Positions 1 to 13,108 of a stretch of 64,000 nt of DNA are shown here, in pieces. This DNA comes from the human T2T-CHM13v2.0 reference genome, Homo sapiens, in the NCBI RefSeq assembly GCF_009914755.1, contig NC_060939.1; one strand, 5' to 3'. The notes under the pieces are model-generated. The model searched no databases. It saw only the letters and a list, made by a program, of their open reading frames with translations, and was not told the DNA's origin. Within the stretch, counting starts at the first letter, position 1. The number at the start of each line of letters is the position of its first letter. The position numbers and the translations under genes were made by a program.

Positions 1-576
1 TGGGCCTGGTAATGGTAAGAAACCTGAGCTGGAGCTGAGGTCCACCAGACCATGGATGAGTTGGGCTTGGGCTTGACTAGGCTTCCATAAGGCCATATAC
101 TAAATTTGGCACCCTGGTATATATCCCTTCAAATTTATAATTGTAGAGTTTAATGGAGTAAGACAGAACCCAAGGGGGAGGTAGCAGTGTTGCCTTGGGC
201 CTCTTTTTGAAGAGGTAGAGAAGAATAGATGAGCAAAACCTCTTAAATCTTTTTAGCTATGTAACAATGATGATAATAAAGATAAAACAAACTACACAGC
301 TGGTTTCATTTATGCTTTTAGATATTATACCACTGATAAGAAATTATCTTTCAGACACTGAGCTCAGTATTGACAATAAATAACAAAAACTTCTATTTGC
401 TTAGCAAATAGACTAGAGCCTGGCACATAATAAATGCCACAAACCTGTTTAAAAATAAAACAAAAAGTATAATTTACAGTCAAAATCAAAGTATATGATT
501 CTATACTACTCAATTCCAAAGGGCCACTCTCAAGAGATGCTCTTGACAGGAGCAACTGCTCATGATATTTTCGGGG

Positions 577-849
577 TTTTTTTGTTGTTAAAGATGAGTT
601 CTTGCTGTGTCGCCCAGGCTGGAGTGCAGTGGTGCGTAGCTCACTGCAGCTTCCAATCCTAAGCTCAAGCGATCCTCTCATTTCAGCCTTCCAAGTAGCT
701 GAGACTACAGGTACACACCATACCTGACTTTTTTCAGGGACATGGTCTCACTATGTTTCCCAGTCTAAGTCTGAAACTCCTGGCCTCAAGTGATCCTGCT
801 TCAGCCTCCCAAAGCACTCAGATTACAAGCATGTGCCACCATGCCTGGC
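577..849 (-). mobile_element. Alu (old, AluJ-like), diverged
   Basis: T-rich tail at left, CCCAGGCTGGAGTGCAGTGG, ends ...CACCATGCCTGGC. Confidence 0.85.
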
Positions 850-910
850 ATGTTCATGCTATCTTAGAGCCAAAACAGACGGGCACCAGAATGAAACTAA
901 AATACAGTAC

Positions 911-1080
911 TGAGTGGTGGCATATACCTGTACTACCAGCTACTTGGGAGGCTGAGGTTGGAGGACCACTTAAGCCCAGGAGTTGGAGACTGTAGTGAGT
1001 TATGATTGCACCACTGCACTCCAGGCTGGATGACAGAGAGAGACCTTGTCTCTAAAAAAATAAAATTAAAATTAAAAAAT
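911..1080 (+). mobile_element. Alu right-arm fragment
   Basis: CCAGCTACTTGGGAGGCTGAGG...CACTGCACTCCAGGCTGG followed by A-rich tail. Confidence 0.8.
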
Positions 1081-1657
1081 GATACTAGTGCTCCAGGTAG
1101 AAATGTTAAAACAAAGAGAAAACAATATTCTACTTGATTAATTGAAGCTATCAAGCAGACCAACTTGAATTTTCTTCTGAAGCAACTTGAATTTTGGGAC
1201 TCAAGCATGTAAAGCCATTATTTACTTTTCTTTCCAATCTATAATCTATATCCTTCTACTTTATCTGAAAATCAATTAAAATAATTATTGAGCACATATG
1301 TGTTAGCACTGTGCCAGGTGCTATAGGGAAAAAGAAAGTATGAAGCACCCCATCCTTAGGAATAAGACTTACTTAGATGAAGAAAGGAGGCCTTCCCTGC
1401 AGGGGTGACAGCACAAAGAGAGAAAAAAAGTAAGATTCAAGCTGAGAAAGAGCTATTTCTTACTATCAGAAATCATCTTGTCTATCAAAGGTAGAGCCAA
1501 GCAGACAAACTTAAACCAAATACAGTAGGCATGGGAAGCCTACTGTAATTACATTACATTAAGTAATATGACCAAATAAACTGAAGTTAGAGATGACAGT
1601 AGTGGATGTGGAGGAAGCAGAGATTATGAGTTTCTATTTGAACTTAGTGTTTGCCAC

Positions 1658-2121
1658 TGTAAAGAGTTGAACTGTGTCCTCACAAAAAGATATGTTCATG
1701 TAATAACCCCTCCTCTACCTCACCCTCTCCCCTGGCCAGCTGCGAATACGACCTTTTTTAGAAACAATCTTTGCAGATGTAGTAATCAAGATGAGGTCGC
1801 ATTGCATTAGGGTGAGCCCTTCCTTATAAGAAGAGAGAACACACAGAGACAGATGAGACATATGGAAGAAGCCCATGTGACCACAGAGGCAGGGACTGGA
1901 GTGATGCAGCTACAAGCCAAGGAAGGCCAAGGATGCAGGCAGCCGCCAAAAGCTAGGACTGAGGCATGAACAGACTCCCTCAGAGCCTTCAGAAGGAACC
2001 AGCCCTGCCGGCAGCTTGATTTCAGACTTCTGGTCTCTGGAACTGTGAGAAAATACATTTCTGCTGTTTTAAGCCATTTGGTTTGTAGGAGTTTGTTACA
2101 GCAGTCTTAGGAAACTAATGC
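1658..2121 (+). mobile_element. MaLR LTR (MLT1B/C-like)
   Basis: TGT start, GTTGAACTGTGTCC, CAAGCCAAGGAAGGCCAAGGATG, CAGACTTCTGGTCTCTGGAACTGTGAGAAAATACATTTCTG, GGAAACTAAT end, all typical of MLT1. Confidence 0.8.
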
Positions 2122-2307
2122 GGCCAAGCTCTATGCTGTAGAATAGGTAGAAATGAGAAAAATAAGATATAAAGTTTCATTATTTCTTGATTTAGTTATT
2201 AAAATTACCATACCATTTTATGCCTTCTTTTAAGGTGGCTCACCACCCTCAAATCATTTTAATTAACACTGACAATTTGGCATATCGAGAATATTGATCT
2301 CTAACTC

Positions 2308-4632
2308 TCTTTTTTTTTTAAATTTATTTATTTTTTATTGATAATTCTTGGGTGTTTCTCACACAGGGGGATTTGGCAGGGTCATAGGACAATAGTGGAG
2401 GGAAGGTCAGCAGATAAACAAGTGAACAAAGGTCTCTGGTTTTCCTAGGCAGAGGGCCCTGCAGCCTTCCGCAGTGTTTGTGTCCCTGGGTACTTGAGAT
2501 TAGGGAGTGGTGATGACTCTTAACGAGCATGCTGCCTTCAAGCATCTGTTTAACAAAGCACATCTTGCACCGCCCTTAATCCATTTAACCCTGAGTGGAC
2601 ACAGCACATGTTTCAGAGAGCACAGGGTTGGGGGTAAGGTCACAGATCAACAGGATCCCAAGGCAGAAGAAGTTTTCTTAGTACAGAACAAAATGAAAAG
2701 TCTCCCATGTCTACTTCTTTCTACACAGACACGGCAACCATCCGATTTCTCAATCTTTTCCCCAACTTTCCCGCCTTTCTATTCCACAAAGCCGCCATTG
2801 TCATCCTGGCCTGTTCTCAATGAGCTGTTGGGCACACCTCCCAGACGGGGTGGTGGCCGGGCAGAGGGGCTCCTCACTTCCCAGTAGGGGCGGCCGGGCA
2901 GAGGCGCCCATCACCTCCCGGGCGGGGCGGCTGGCCGGGCGGGGGGCTGACCCCCCCACCTCCCTCCCGGGCGGGGCGGCTGGCCAGGCGGGGGCTGACC
3001 CCCCCACCTCCCTCCCGGATGGGGCGGCTGGCCTGGCAGAGGGGCTCCTCACTTCCCAGTAGGGGCGGCCGGGCAGAGGCGCCCCTCACCTCCCGGACGG
3101 GGCGGCTGGCCGGGTTGGGGGCTGACCCCCCCCAACCTCCCTCCCGGACGGGGCGGCTGGCCGGGCGGGGGGCTGACCCCCCCACCTCCCTCCCGGATGG
3201 GGCGGCTGGCCTGGCAGAGGGGCTCCTCACTTCCCAGTAGGGGCGGCCGGGCAGAGGCGCCCCTCACCTCCCGGACGGGGCGGCTGGCCGGGTTGGGGGC
3301 TGACCCCCCCACCTCCCTCCCGGACGGGGCGCCTGGCCGGGCGGGGGGCTGACCCCCCCACCTCCCTCCCGGACGGGGCGGCTGGCCAGGCGGGGGGCTG
3401 ACCCCCCCACCTCCCTCCCGGACGGGGCGGCTGGCCAGGCGGGGGCTGACCCCCCCACCTCCCTCCCGGATGGGGCGGCTGGCCTGGCAGAGGGGCTCCT
3501 CACTTCCCAGTAGGGGTGGCCGGGCAGAGGCGCCCCTCACCTCCCGGACGGGGCGGCTGGCCGGGTTGGGGGCTGACCCCCCCACCTCCCTCCCGGACGG
3601 GGCGGCTGGCCGGGCGGGGGGCTGACCCCCCCACCTCCCTCCCGGACGGGGCGGCTAGCCTGGCAGGGGGCTGACCCCCCCACCTCCCTCCCGGACGGGG
3701 TGGCTGCCGGGCGGAGACACTCCTCACTTCCCAGACGGGGCGGCTGCCGGGCGGAGGGGCTCCTCACTTCTCAGACGGGGCGGTTGCCGGGCAGAGGGTC
3801 TCCTCACTTCTCAGAGGGGGCGGCAGGCAGAGATGCTCCTCACCTCCCAGACAGGGTCGCGGCCGGGCAGAGGTGCTCCTCACATCCCAGACGGGGCGGC
3901 AGGGCAGAGGCGCTCCCCACATCTCAGACGATGGGCGGCCGGGCAGAGACGCTCCTCACTTCCTAGATGTGATGGCGGCCGGGAAGAGGTGCTCCTCACT
4001 TCCTAGGTGGGATGGCGGCCGGGCGGAGACGCTCCTCACTTTCCAGACTGGGCAGCCAGGCAGAGGGGCTCCTCACATCCCAGATGATGGGCGGCCAGGC
4101 AGAGACGCTCCTCACTTCCCAGACGGGGTGGTGGCCGGGCAGAGGCTGCAATCTTTCTGCAATCTCGGCACTTTGGGAGGCCAAGGCAGGCGGCTGGGAG
4201 GTGGAGGTTGTAGCGAGCCGAGATCACGCCACTGCACTCCAGCCTGGGCACCATTGAGCACTGAGTGAACGAGACTCCGTCTGCAATCCCCGCACCTCGG
4301 GAGGCCGAGGCTGGCGGATCACTTGCAGTTAGGGGTTGGAGACCGGCCTGGCCAACATAGCGAAACCCGGTCTCCACCAAAACCAGTCAGGCGTGGCGGC
4401 GCCAGCCTGCAATCGCAGGTACTCGGCAGGCTGAGTCAGGAGAATCAGGCAGGGAGGTTGCAGTGAGCCGAGATGGCAGCAGTACAGTCCAGCTTCGGCT
4501 CAGCATGAGAGGGAGACCGTGGAAAGAGAGGGAGAGGGAGACCGTGGGGAGAGGGAGAGGGAGACCGTGGGGAGAGGGAGAGGGAGACCGTGGGGAGAGG
4601 AAGAGGGAGAGGGGGAGGGGGAGGGGGAGGGC
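2308..4632 (-). mobile_element. Full-length SVA retrotransposon (SVA_D/E/F-like), same orientation as GPR176
   Basis: On the minus strand: CCCTCT hexamer region (~4510-4632), Alu-like region (~4145-4500), GC-rich VNTR (~2835-4140), SINE-R (~2340-2830), AATAAA (2334-2339) and poly(A); TSD GATCTCTAACTC at 2296-2307 and 4633-4644. Confidence 0.97.
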
Positions 4633-5380
4633 GATCTCTAACTCACTTGCTTCTCCCACCAGCCAATACACATGCAACTGAAACACACATTGAATTCAAG
4701 CATTTGTGCAACATAAGATTTGACACTATATTAAAACCAGTATAAATACAATGAACAGTTGGGCCAAGCTTTCAAAGAACTGCCATAATTTCCTGGTTTT
4801 TAAAAATTAATTCAAAAGAAATACTTTTAATAAATACCACACTGTCTTTCCCCTCTACTTTTCACCTTAATAAACATATTTACTTTAAAAGGCAGTTTTC
4901 AAAAAGAGAACATTAGGCTAGATACTCACACATAATTCTATATCACAACAAATACAACTCTGTAAAAGCTTATTTTCCCTTTTTTTAATGGATGATGAGG
5001 GTGGTAGAGCATTTAATGATATGGTATGGACACTTAATATATTAAAGCAGACACTAAAAACATTAATAATATTTGCCAGTCGCTGAGCTAGGTACTTTAT
5101 GTTAGGCCATATCCTCCCAATGTTATGATGCAAATATATTTAAAAACTGAAGCTCAGTTAAATTACTTACCCTTTACTCTTCCACAATTATTGGTAAAAC
5201 TATAAACTATCAAAGCCTTTCTGAAAAACTTTCCAGTATTAAAAGCTTCGATAGGAAATATTTAAAATATTCAAGCAAAACTCTCTTCCTAGAAAACTAC
5301 TCCATTGAAAAAGATACTTAAATTTTTGTAATTAAAGGAGATTCATCACAACAATATTTTCAGAATTTTTTATATTATTA

Positions 5381-5693
5381 TTTTTTTTTAGAGACAAGAT
5401 CTCGCTTTGTTGTCCAGGCTGGAGTGCAGTGGCATGATCGTAGCTCACTGTAGCCTGGAACCTCTGGGTTCAAGCAATCCTCCCACCTCAGCCTCTTGAG
5501 TAGCTGGGACTACAGACATACATATGCCACCACACCCAGCTAGTATTTTCATTTTTTGTACAGACAGGGTCTCACAAAGTTTCCTAGACAGGTCTCACAA
5601 AGTTTCCTAGACTAGTCTCAAATTCCTGGCCTCAAGCCATCATCCTGCCTCAGCCTGTGCTGGGATTAAAGGTGAAAGCTAACCCAACTGGCC
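5381..5693 (-). mobile_element. AluJ-like with internal 23-bp tandem duplication
   Basis: Alu consensus blocks; GGTCTCACAAAGTTTCCTAGAC repeated at 5568 and 5591. Confidence 0.85.
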
Positions 5694-6914
5694 TTCATGA
5701 CAATACTGTTTATAATGGTCCAACCAAGAAATATCTTCAATGTCAAAAAATATAAGAATGGTTACATGGTTACATAATTGAATCTCATATAAATATATAA
5801 ATTGATACTTTCAAAGAATGTTATTCATGAGCATTTTATCTTATTATTACGTGAATATTCTTTTCTTCTTTGTAACTTTCAATGTTCTCTAAATTCTCTA
5901 CTATTTTATAATTAGTAAAAAGTTATTTTTAAGATAATCAAAGCTGACTCAAGGACAAAACACTAGCAAAGGGCAGAACCAGGACTTAAACTCAGAGCTG
6001 GCTGATTCCAAATCCCTTTGATCCACTACCCCACACAGGTCTTAGGTAAAGTCCCAGGAACATCATCCTCAGAAGAGGAATAAGCCAGGCATGGTGGCAC
6101 CTGCCTATAATCTCAGCTACTCCACAGGCTGAGGCCAGAGGATCCAAGTTTGAATCTAGCCTGGGCAACATGGGAAGATCCTGTCTCTATAAAGAGAGAG
6201 AGAGGAATAGATTTGTGTGACCAAGTACTTTCTCACAAAATAAACTATTATGACTATGGGATTTCACAATTTAAAACACTGCCTCTATCTCTGGTTGTGG
6301 TTTCTTCGTTTGCTGGTACAACCTATATAAAAGACAGAGTTCAGTCTGGAAAAATGCATTATGCTGAAATGCAACACAAACCAAGAGAGTCATTACCCAA
6401 AGACAGATTGCCCAGGAAATCAGTAATGAGAAAAGAGGCCAGAGCTCCCACTCCAAGCATGTCAGCTAGAAAATAACTCATCAACAGTTCCATGACCCTG
6501 AGGAAAAGGAAATTATATCTGTGCTGTATCCTTAATGAAGCTGGCAATTCTGATTCTCTTTTGCATGCCTTTCTCCATAAAAGTGACAGGAATCTAGGAC
6601 ACAACATGATACAGCAGACACAAAACCACACTATAAAAAACTGTTCCTGAAAGCAAGGGCATTCCTTTCATTTAATTTAAATATTTCACACAACTTAGTC
6701 TATACACATTTACAAAACACTTACTGTGTGCAAGAGATTAAGACTTATCTCTCAAACACACACATTAAGGCCACTTTGCAAATGAAGTTTTAAGTCTATG
6801 AATGCCTCACCCTCCACCTTTCACCATCCCTTCTGCTATCTGCAAGTGCCATTGCAACAATGCAGCTGATAGCAAATTGCACTCATTGCCTGAGAGATCA
6901 TGAGAAACATCCAA

Positions 6915-6919
<5 letters not shown>

Positions 6920-6945
<26 letters not shown>

Positions 6946-7055
6946 GAGACGGAGTCTCGCTCTGTCGCCCAGGCCGGACTGCGGACTGCAGTGGCGCAAT
7001 CTCGGCTCACTGCAAGCTCTGCTTCCCGGGTTCACGCCATTCTCCTGCCTCAGCC
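6920..7055 (-). mobile_element. 5'-truncated AluYb8/Yb9
   Basis: Diagnostic 7-bp duplication GGCCGGACTGCGGACTGCAGTGG; pure T28 tail (6918-6945); TSD CCAAATATT at 6911 and 7056. Confidence 0.93.
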
Positions 7056-8374
7056 CCAAATATTATTTTTAAAAAATTATTTGGCCATAGCCTAGTTTCT
7101 TTTGGACTTAATTCAATTTATCTCAGGTCCTGAGCCTGAGATATAGCTTGACTAATCAGCTAATAATCCATCAAGGCCTCAGTGTCTGCATCTTTTCTGG
7201 CAGCTCTCCATCTCTATTCCCTATTATTGTTGAGAAAACCCAATTAGCTTAGTGATTTGCATGAGGCCACTCTCTTAACCAGCAAGTGACCCTATCTGTC
7301 ACTGCTCCCAAGGGTGACCAATGCAAGAAGTTGTCAAAATTCTAAGTTATCATCTGAAAACCTTACCATTCATCACTGTCTCTGGGGACCATATTAGTGA
7401 AAACATTCTCATCTGATAAAACTTATTATCTTTATTTTATTGCTTCATTTTCATGAAACCATAATGTCAGTGAATATTGTGTAGACCAACTAGAGTAACA
7501 CACAATGATAAACTAATTTAAAATGTTCCTCTTCATGTACAGAGTGGTGATTAAGTCTTCCCCTTTTTTTTTCAAACAAGATTTACGGTGACTTTGCCAA
7601 GTTACTTGGTATCCTTAAAACCCTTCAGTAAGATTGACCACTACCATGTCAAGATAATACCGCCTTAAAATAATTCTGCAGTTACAGATGCACCCCAGAG
7701 AGGGAAAACACAGGTGTCCTTCCTTTCAATTATTCTTGAATTATACAAATAATACATATAAGCAAAGAAAGGAACTTAGGTTCCTAAGCAAAGACAGAGA
7801 GTGAAAGGAACAGCTGAAGAATGAGAGGAGATAGCCAGTGAACAAAGCAGAGAAGAGCTTTTATGGACAGAGGAAGAGCAAAAGCAAATGCAAGAAGACT
7901 GGAAAGAGAATAATGTACCCTGGGAGCCAAGCGTAATTTGGAACTCCTGGAGTGTAAAGAGACGAGCTAGGGAGGGAAACAGGAGCCATGTAGGGGATGT
8001 CACTACAAGAAGCCAGAGGGAATGAGGAGCCAGGGCAGGGTTTCAAAGAGTAAAGAGACATGATCAGAGTTGTTGATTGCAGAGTAATTGGGGAGGGCTA
8101 AAATGGAAGTATAAAATTTAAGGCTGCTCTTCCAAGAAGTATGACTATGAAAGGAAGAAGAAAGAAAGCACTGTGTGGGTGGGGGAGAAGGGGTCAAGGA
8201 GCAAGAGACCTTGAAGATGAAAGAATAAAGGACATACCTGTTGGACGATAAGGACACTGGTGAGTTTGTAAGTGTGGGAATAAGAACTTGAGAGCACTAC
8301 CCACTAGAGACCTCCTTCCTGTTCTAGAGGAGCACTGAAAGCTACCTCCTACCTAAAACACCAAGTCTTCTAGT

Positions 8375-8470
8375 CCCTAGCTACTCAAAATATAGCCTGT
8401 GGACCAGCAGCATCAACATCAGCTAGACATTTGCAGGAAATGCAGAATCCTGGACTCCATCGTAGACCTC
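8375..8470. mobile_element. MER5A-like hAT-Charlie fragment
   Basis: CTCAAAATATAGCCTGTGGACCAGCAGCATCAACATCAGCTAG...GAAATGCAGAATC. Confidence 0.65.
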
Positions 8471-8487
8471 CTGGGCATGCTCTACCT

Positions 8488-8760
8488 TACCTCCATTGTG
8501 TAGTAGTAGCTTACCCTTGGTAATCAGGACCAATCATACCAGCCAGTCCAGCAACCCCCTGCTTTGCCTGTTGACTGAGAGGCATGAACCCAAAGGGGCT
8601 GGATGACAGTTTCAGCTTCCAGTTCAAGGGAATCACTATCCCTCCCTTTGGAACTAAGTCTCTAAGGATGGAAAACAACAATTTTCCTAGTGGATCACTA
8701 GGAGTGACAGTAAAGGGAGCCACTCCTGTTTCTACCCCTTGATTCCTGGACCTGTATTGT
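8488..8760 (-). mobile_element. ERVL (HERV-L-type) internal remnant, pol-end/dUTPase region
   Basis: ORF 8511-8906 contains RNQGVETGVAPFTVTPSDPL...IPLNWKLKL...PLSQQAKQGVAGLAGMIGPDYQG, which resembles the ERVL dUTPase region. Confidence 0.8.
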
Positions 8761-10333
8761 GTAACAAGATGCCTAGCAGATTCTTTTACACATTGATGTA
8801 TGAGAAGTGCCAGATCAACTCTGAAGAACTTTAAGGAATTACAGATAATAAGAAAGGAACCAGAAGCCTGGAGACAAGGAAAAGGGGAACAAGAAAAATA
8901 TAGCAAAATGCATATTGGTCAACCTAATGCTAGAATGAATGATCAAGAGGAAGGCAAGAAGTAGTCACTAGGAGCCAGCTTGGATACACTAGAATAAATC
9001 ATGTAGATGTAGATTCTCCTTATTTTCTTACATCAATAAGCCTAAATGATGCAGTAGACATAGTATATCTGGCTTTTGGTAATGTATCTGACAAAATGTA
9101 TTAAAGTCTTGACAAGGTGTTATCAAGATAAGGAAATATGGGCTGGGTGAGAGTTCTATTGAATGCATTCATAACTGGCTTAATGATCATCCCCAAATGG
9201 TTTTGACTAGTAAATTAAAATCATCCTAGATTCTAGCAGGTCTCCAATGGCAAGATTTCCAACCTTCTCTTCCTGACCGTTAAACTCTTTTTTAAAAATT
9301 ATAATTTAGATGAAATACAAAAGATACAAAGGTAGTATCACTTAGAGCAATAATGTTATATAGTATAATCATGTTCCCCCACCAAAAAAATTAACAAGTT
9401 GATACAAAAAATTAAAACATGTTAGTTAAATTTAGATAAATTAAAATAAAATCTAGATAAATTTAAATGATAAAATCTAGGTAAATTTAAATGATGAAGA
9501 TAAAGTGCTAATCTTGGCTCCTAAATTGAATAAAAACAAGGATGTTTAAAAAAAAAAAAAAGAAGAAGCCTAACAGCAGTAAGCCAAATAAAGGCTTGAG
9601 AATGGTAGTAGAGGTTAATTTCAATTAGTCAACATATGGAAGTTAACATGAAGGATAATATGTGAATTCAGTTAAACCTACATTCTTCATCCACAACAAC
9701 ATAAGACTCATGTTAAGATTACAAGTTGGCCATGGAGATTTCATGTAGCCTTTGCATTCATGCCTTGAAACAGTACACAAATTAAAGATGTCTGATATTA
9801 ATAATAAGAATGCCTAATAAGCAGACCAAATGGAAGTACAGTTACTTTTAAAGCTGCCCACGTACTCCCGTTGTCCATATTCTAACAAGAGATTTGCATG
9901 CTAAATCAGTAACAATTATCCCAAAGCCAAACAGCCCTCAATTGGTCCTTCTGATCACCCACTTGCCCCCTCTGTTCTCTTTTGTGCCCAGCTGAAAACA
10001 ACCTTTGACCCACCATTCCAGAAGAAGGCAGAACACAGCATGACTGAAATGGCTGAAGGGGAGAGGAGCCTGCAACATGAGGAGTGGCAGATGATGAGTT
10101 CCCTGACATGGTGCACATGGTCTGAAGTTTCCAATTCTATCTTAGTGAAAGTTTTGTGAATTTTTAAAAAACTGCCAAGAACAGAATTAGAACAGAAGTA
10201 GAAAAAAAGAAAGCTTCAGACAATTCTATCATGTTTCTGACAGCCAAGTATTCCAGCTGCTCCTCCACAGTGAGATATCAGGTTGTGAGGCAGAGAACAA
10301 GTGCCTGAAGAGAATGGGAAGCGGTCACCTAAC

Positions 10334-10655
10334 CCCAACACTACCTTTATATTAATAACAAGATGTACCTGAAAGGCAAATAGAACTCCCCTCCTGCCTT
10401 TTTGAATAAATAATTTAGTTATTACTTATAGAATATGGAATGATATGAAAATGGTTGGCAGAAGGAGAACTAGGAAATTCAATGATCTTTATATTAATAC
10501 CCAACACTACCTTTATATTAATAACAAGATGTACCCAAAAGGCAAATAGAACTCCCCTCCTGCCTTTTTGAATAAATAATTTAGTTATTACTTATAGGAT
10601 ATGGAATGATATGGAAATGGTTGGCAGAAGCAGAACTAGGAACTCCAATGATCTT
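10334..10655. repeat. 156-bp tandem duplication of non-repeat sequence with a 10-bp linker
   Basis: 10334-10489 and 10500-10655 align with 7 substitutions. Confidence 0.95.
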
Positions 10656-11097
10656 AGGTATAAAATTTTTAGGAAAGTTTCTATAAGTCAGATTACGGAA
10701 GGGGCCCTGCCTATTCATATTAAAGTCTCTATATTTTTCCATTTTACCTTCAGCCCTTAAGCAACACTAGTTATTAAAAGATGGGTAGGACTGGTACCAA
10801 TAACCCCAAAATTAAATTTCTACTTCTTCTCTGTCCCAACCATTCTCTTTGCAAGAATAAGCTGGCTTTGGGCAATGCTATTACTCCCCTAGGAACAACA
10901 ACAAAAAAGTCTTCTAATGACCTTAGCACTTATCTTAAACAGCTTTTTCCCTTCCCAACTCTCCTGGCACTATAACCTGGGAGTATCCCTGATGCTCACC
11001 TGTCATCTCCACGGACACTAAGAAGTTGTTCAGGCATCCCTTAGATCAATGTTAAAGTGTGAAGCACCGGCATCAAGGTCACCTAGCATGTTCATTA

Positions 11098-11755
<658 letters not shown>

Positions 11756-12258
11756 TTAGCCCTCTAGTCCCTAATCCTGCCTTTCACCTGGCAGACGCAG
11801 AAAGCTTCATCTTAAGGCTTCTGGTCATTTGTAGATTCATTGCTACTAAAGACTTGCAACCTTGGGAGCAGGCCACAGAAACAACAGGTCAAATACAAAA
11901 GGTGCTATTCTCATCAATCAATGAAAGGGTCTGAAAACTGAGATTTGATTATTTTGTCTCTGCTGGAGTCTCGCTTGAACTCTGTGTTCCTGGAAATTGA
12001 ATTAACACTCAGGTTGACTTCAGAGAGTTATTCTTTCCTTCCCATTTAGCAGCCTCTGAAAGTGTTTCTTGCCCTAAGAAACTACACAGGAAGCCCCAAC
12101 AAAAAGTAGTTGTAATTAAAGGTGCAAATGAGCACACAAGGGATGCCCAGGGAACCAGGGAGTAAATATCACATATTCTATACAAGGCAGAGATGTCCTC
12201 AAAAATTCTTGCTCAGAAAATACAAAGTCACTCCTAATACAAGGCACTCTCTCAATTA

Positions 12259-12566
12259 GAGATGGTCCCAACCTATGAGAGTTCCACTTTCAATTTTTCA
12301 ACTTTACCATGGTGCAAAAGCAATATATTTTCAGTACAGTATTTAATAAACTACATGAGGTATTCAACACTTCATTATAAAATAGGCCTTGTGTTAGATG
12401 ATTTTCTCCAACTGTTGGCTAATGTAAGTGTTCTGAGCTCATTTAAAGTAGTCTAGGCTAAGCTATGATATTTGGCAGTTTAGGTGTACCAAATGCATTT
12501 TCAGCTTATACTTTCAACTTACAATGGATTTACTGGGACACCTCATCATAAGTCAAGGAGCATCTG
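12259..12566 (-). mobile_element. MER47-like TcMar-Tigger non-autonomous element
   Basis: Imperfect TIRs (GAGATGGTCCCAACCTATGA / TCATAAGTCAAGGAGCATCTG) flanked by TA on both sides. Confidence 0.75.
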
Positions 12567-13108
12567 TACTTTATTCGAAACAAATAACAAATTATTTGGA
12601 ACTTTGTTTGGAGAAGGCACGATGACCTGAAATTATCTCTGTCCATGCTACTTTGGGCTTCCTGTAGAGGTCATCTGATGCAGTACGTTTTAAAAAGAAG
12701 CAAATTATTCATCATTCCTGGGTGTGTGAGTTCACAACTGTAAGTTTTATAAGCTCTCTTTAAAAATCCATATATTATTATGTCATGGCATTTGTGAATG
12801 GCAACCAGACAAACAGGGAGAAGAAAGAAAAACAGTCCTAAAAAAATGAGAATGATTACTTGTGGCTTAGCATAATATTTTCAGTGGCTACATCATATGT
12901 GAGGTTTTTTTTTTTAAGTGTGGCATCTTACACAGGTTTAAGTAATGATGATGGGCCTCCAAAAAACTGTATGAGATGGCTCCAAACTGCTTCCAGCCAA
13001 AGCAGATGCTGATGTTGAAGAGGCATATGGAGACTTTGAACAAAACTGCATCATGAATTTTAAGTAGGGGGAAAAATGCTTCTAAATTAACATAGTGTCT
13101 GGTCATTG

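Noticed and set aside
2835-4140. Repeat array superficially like a CRISPR array
   Set aside because: It is the SVA VNTR: no unique spacers, no cas genes, eukaryotic context
2324-4686. Many overlapping 60-178 aa ORFs
   Set aside because: All lie in the SVA SINE-R, VNTR, Alu-like or hexamer regions; they are repetitive, stop-poor GC sequence
8511-8906. 131-aa ORF with dUTPase-like residues
   Set aside because: Deleted ERVL remnant fused to unrelated flank, non-ATG start; not a host gene
9425-9497. Short AT-rich ~22-24-bp repeats; similar micro-duplications at 5568, 22971, 38685 and a 9-bp hairpin at ~49920
   Set aside because: Ordinary slippage products with no sign of function
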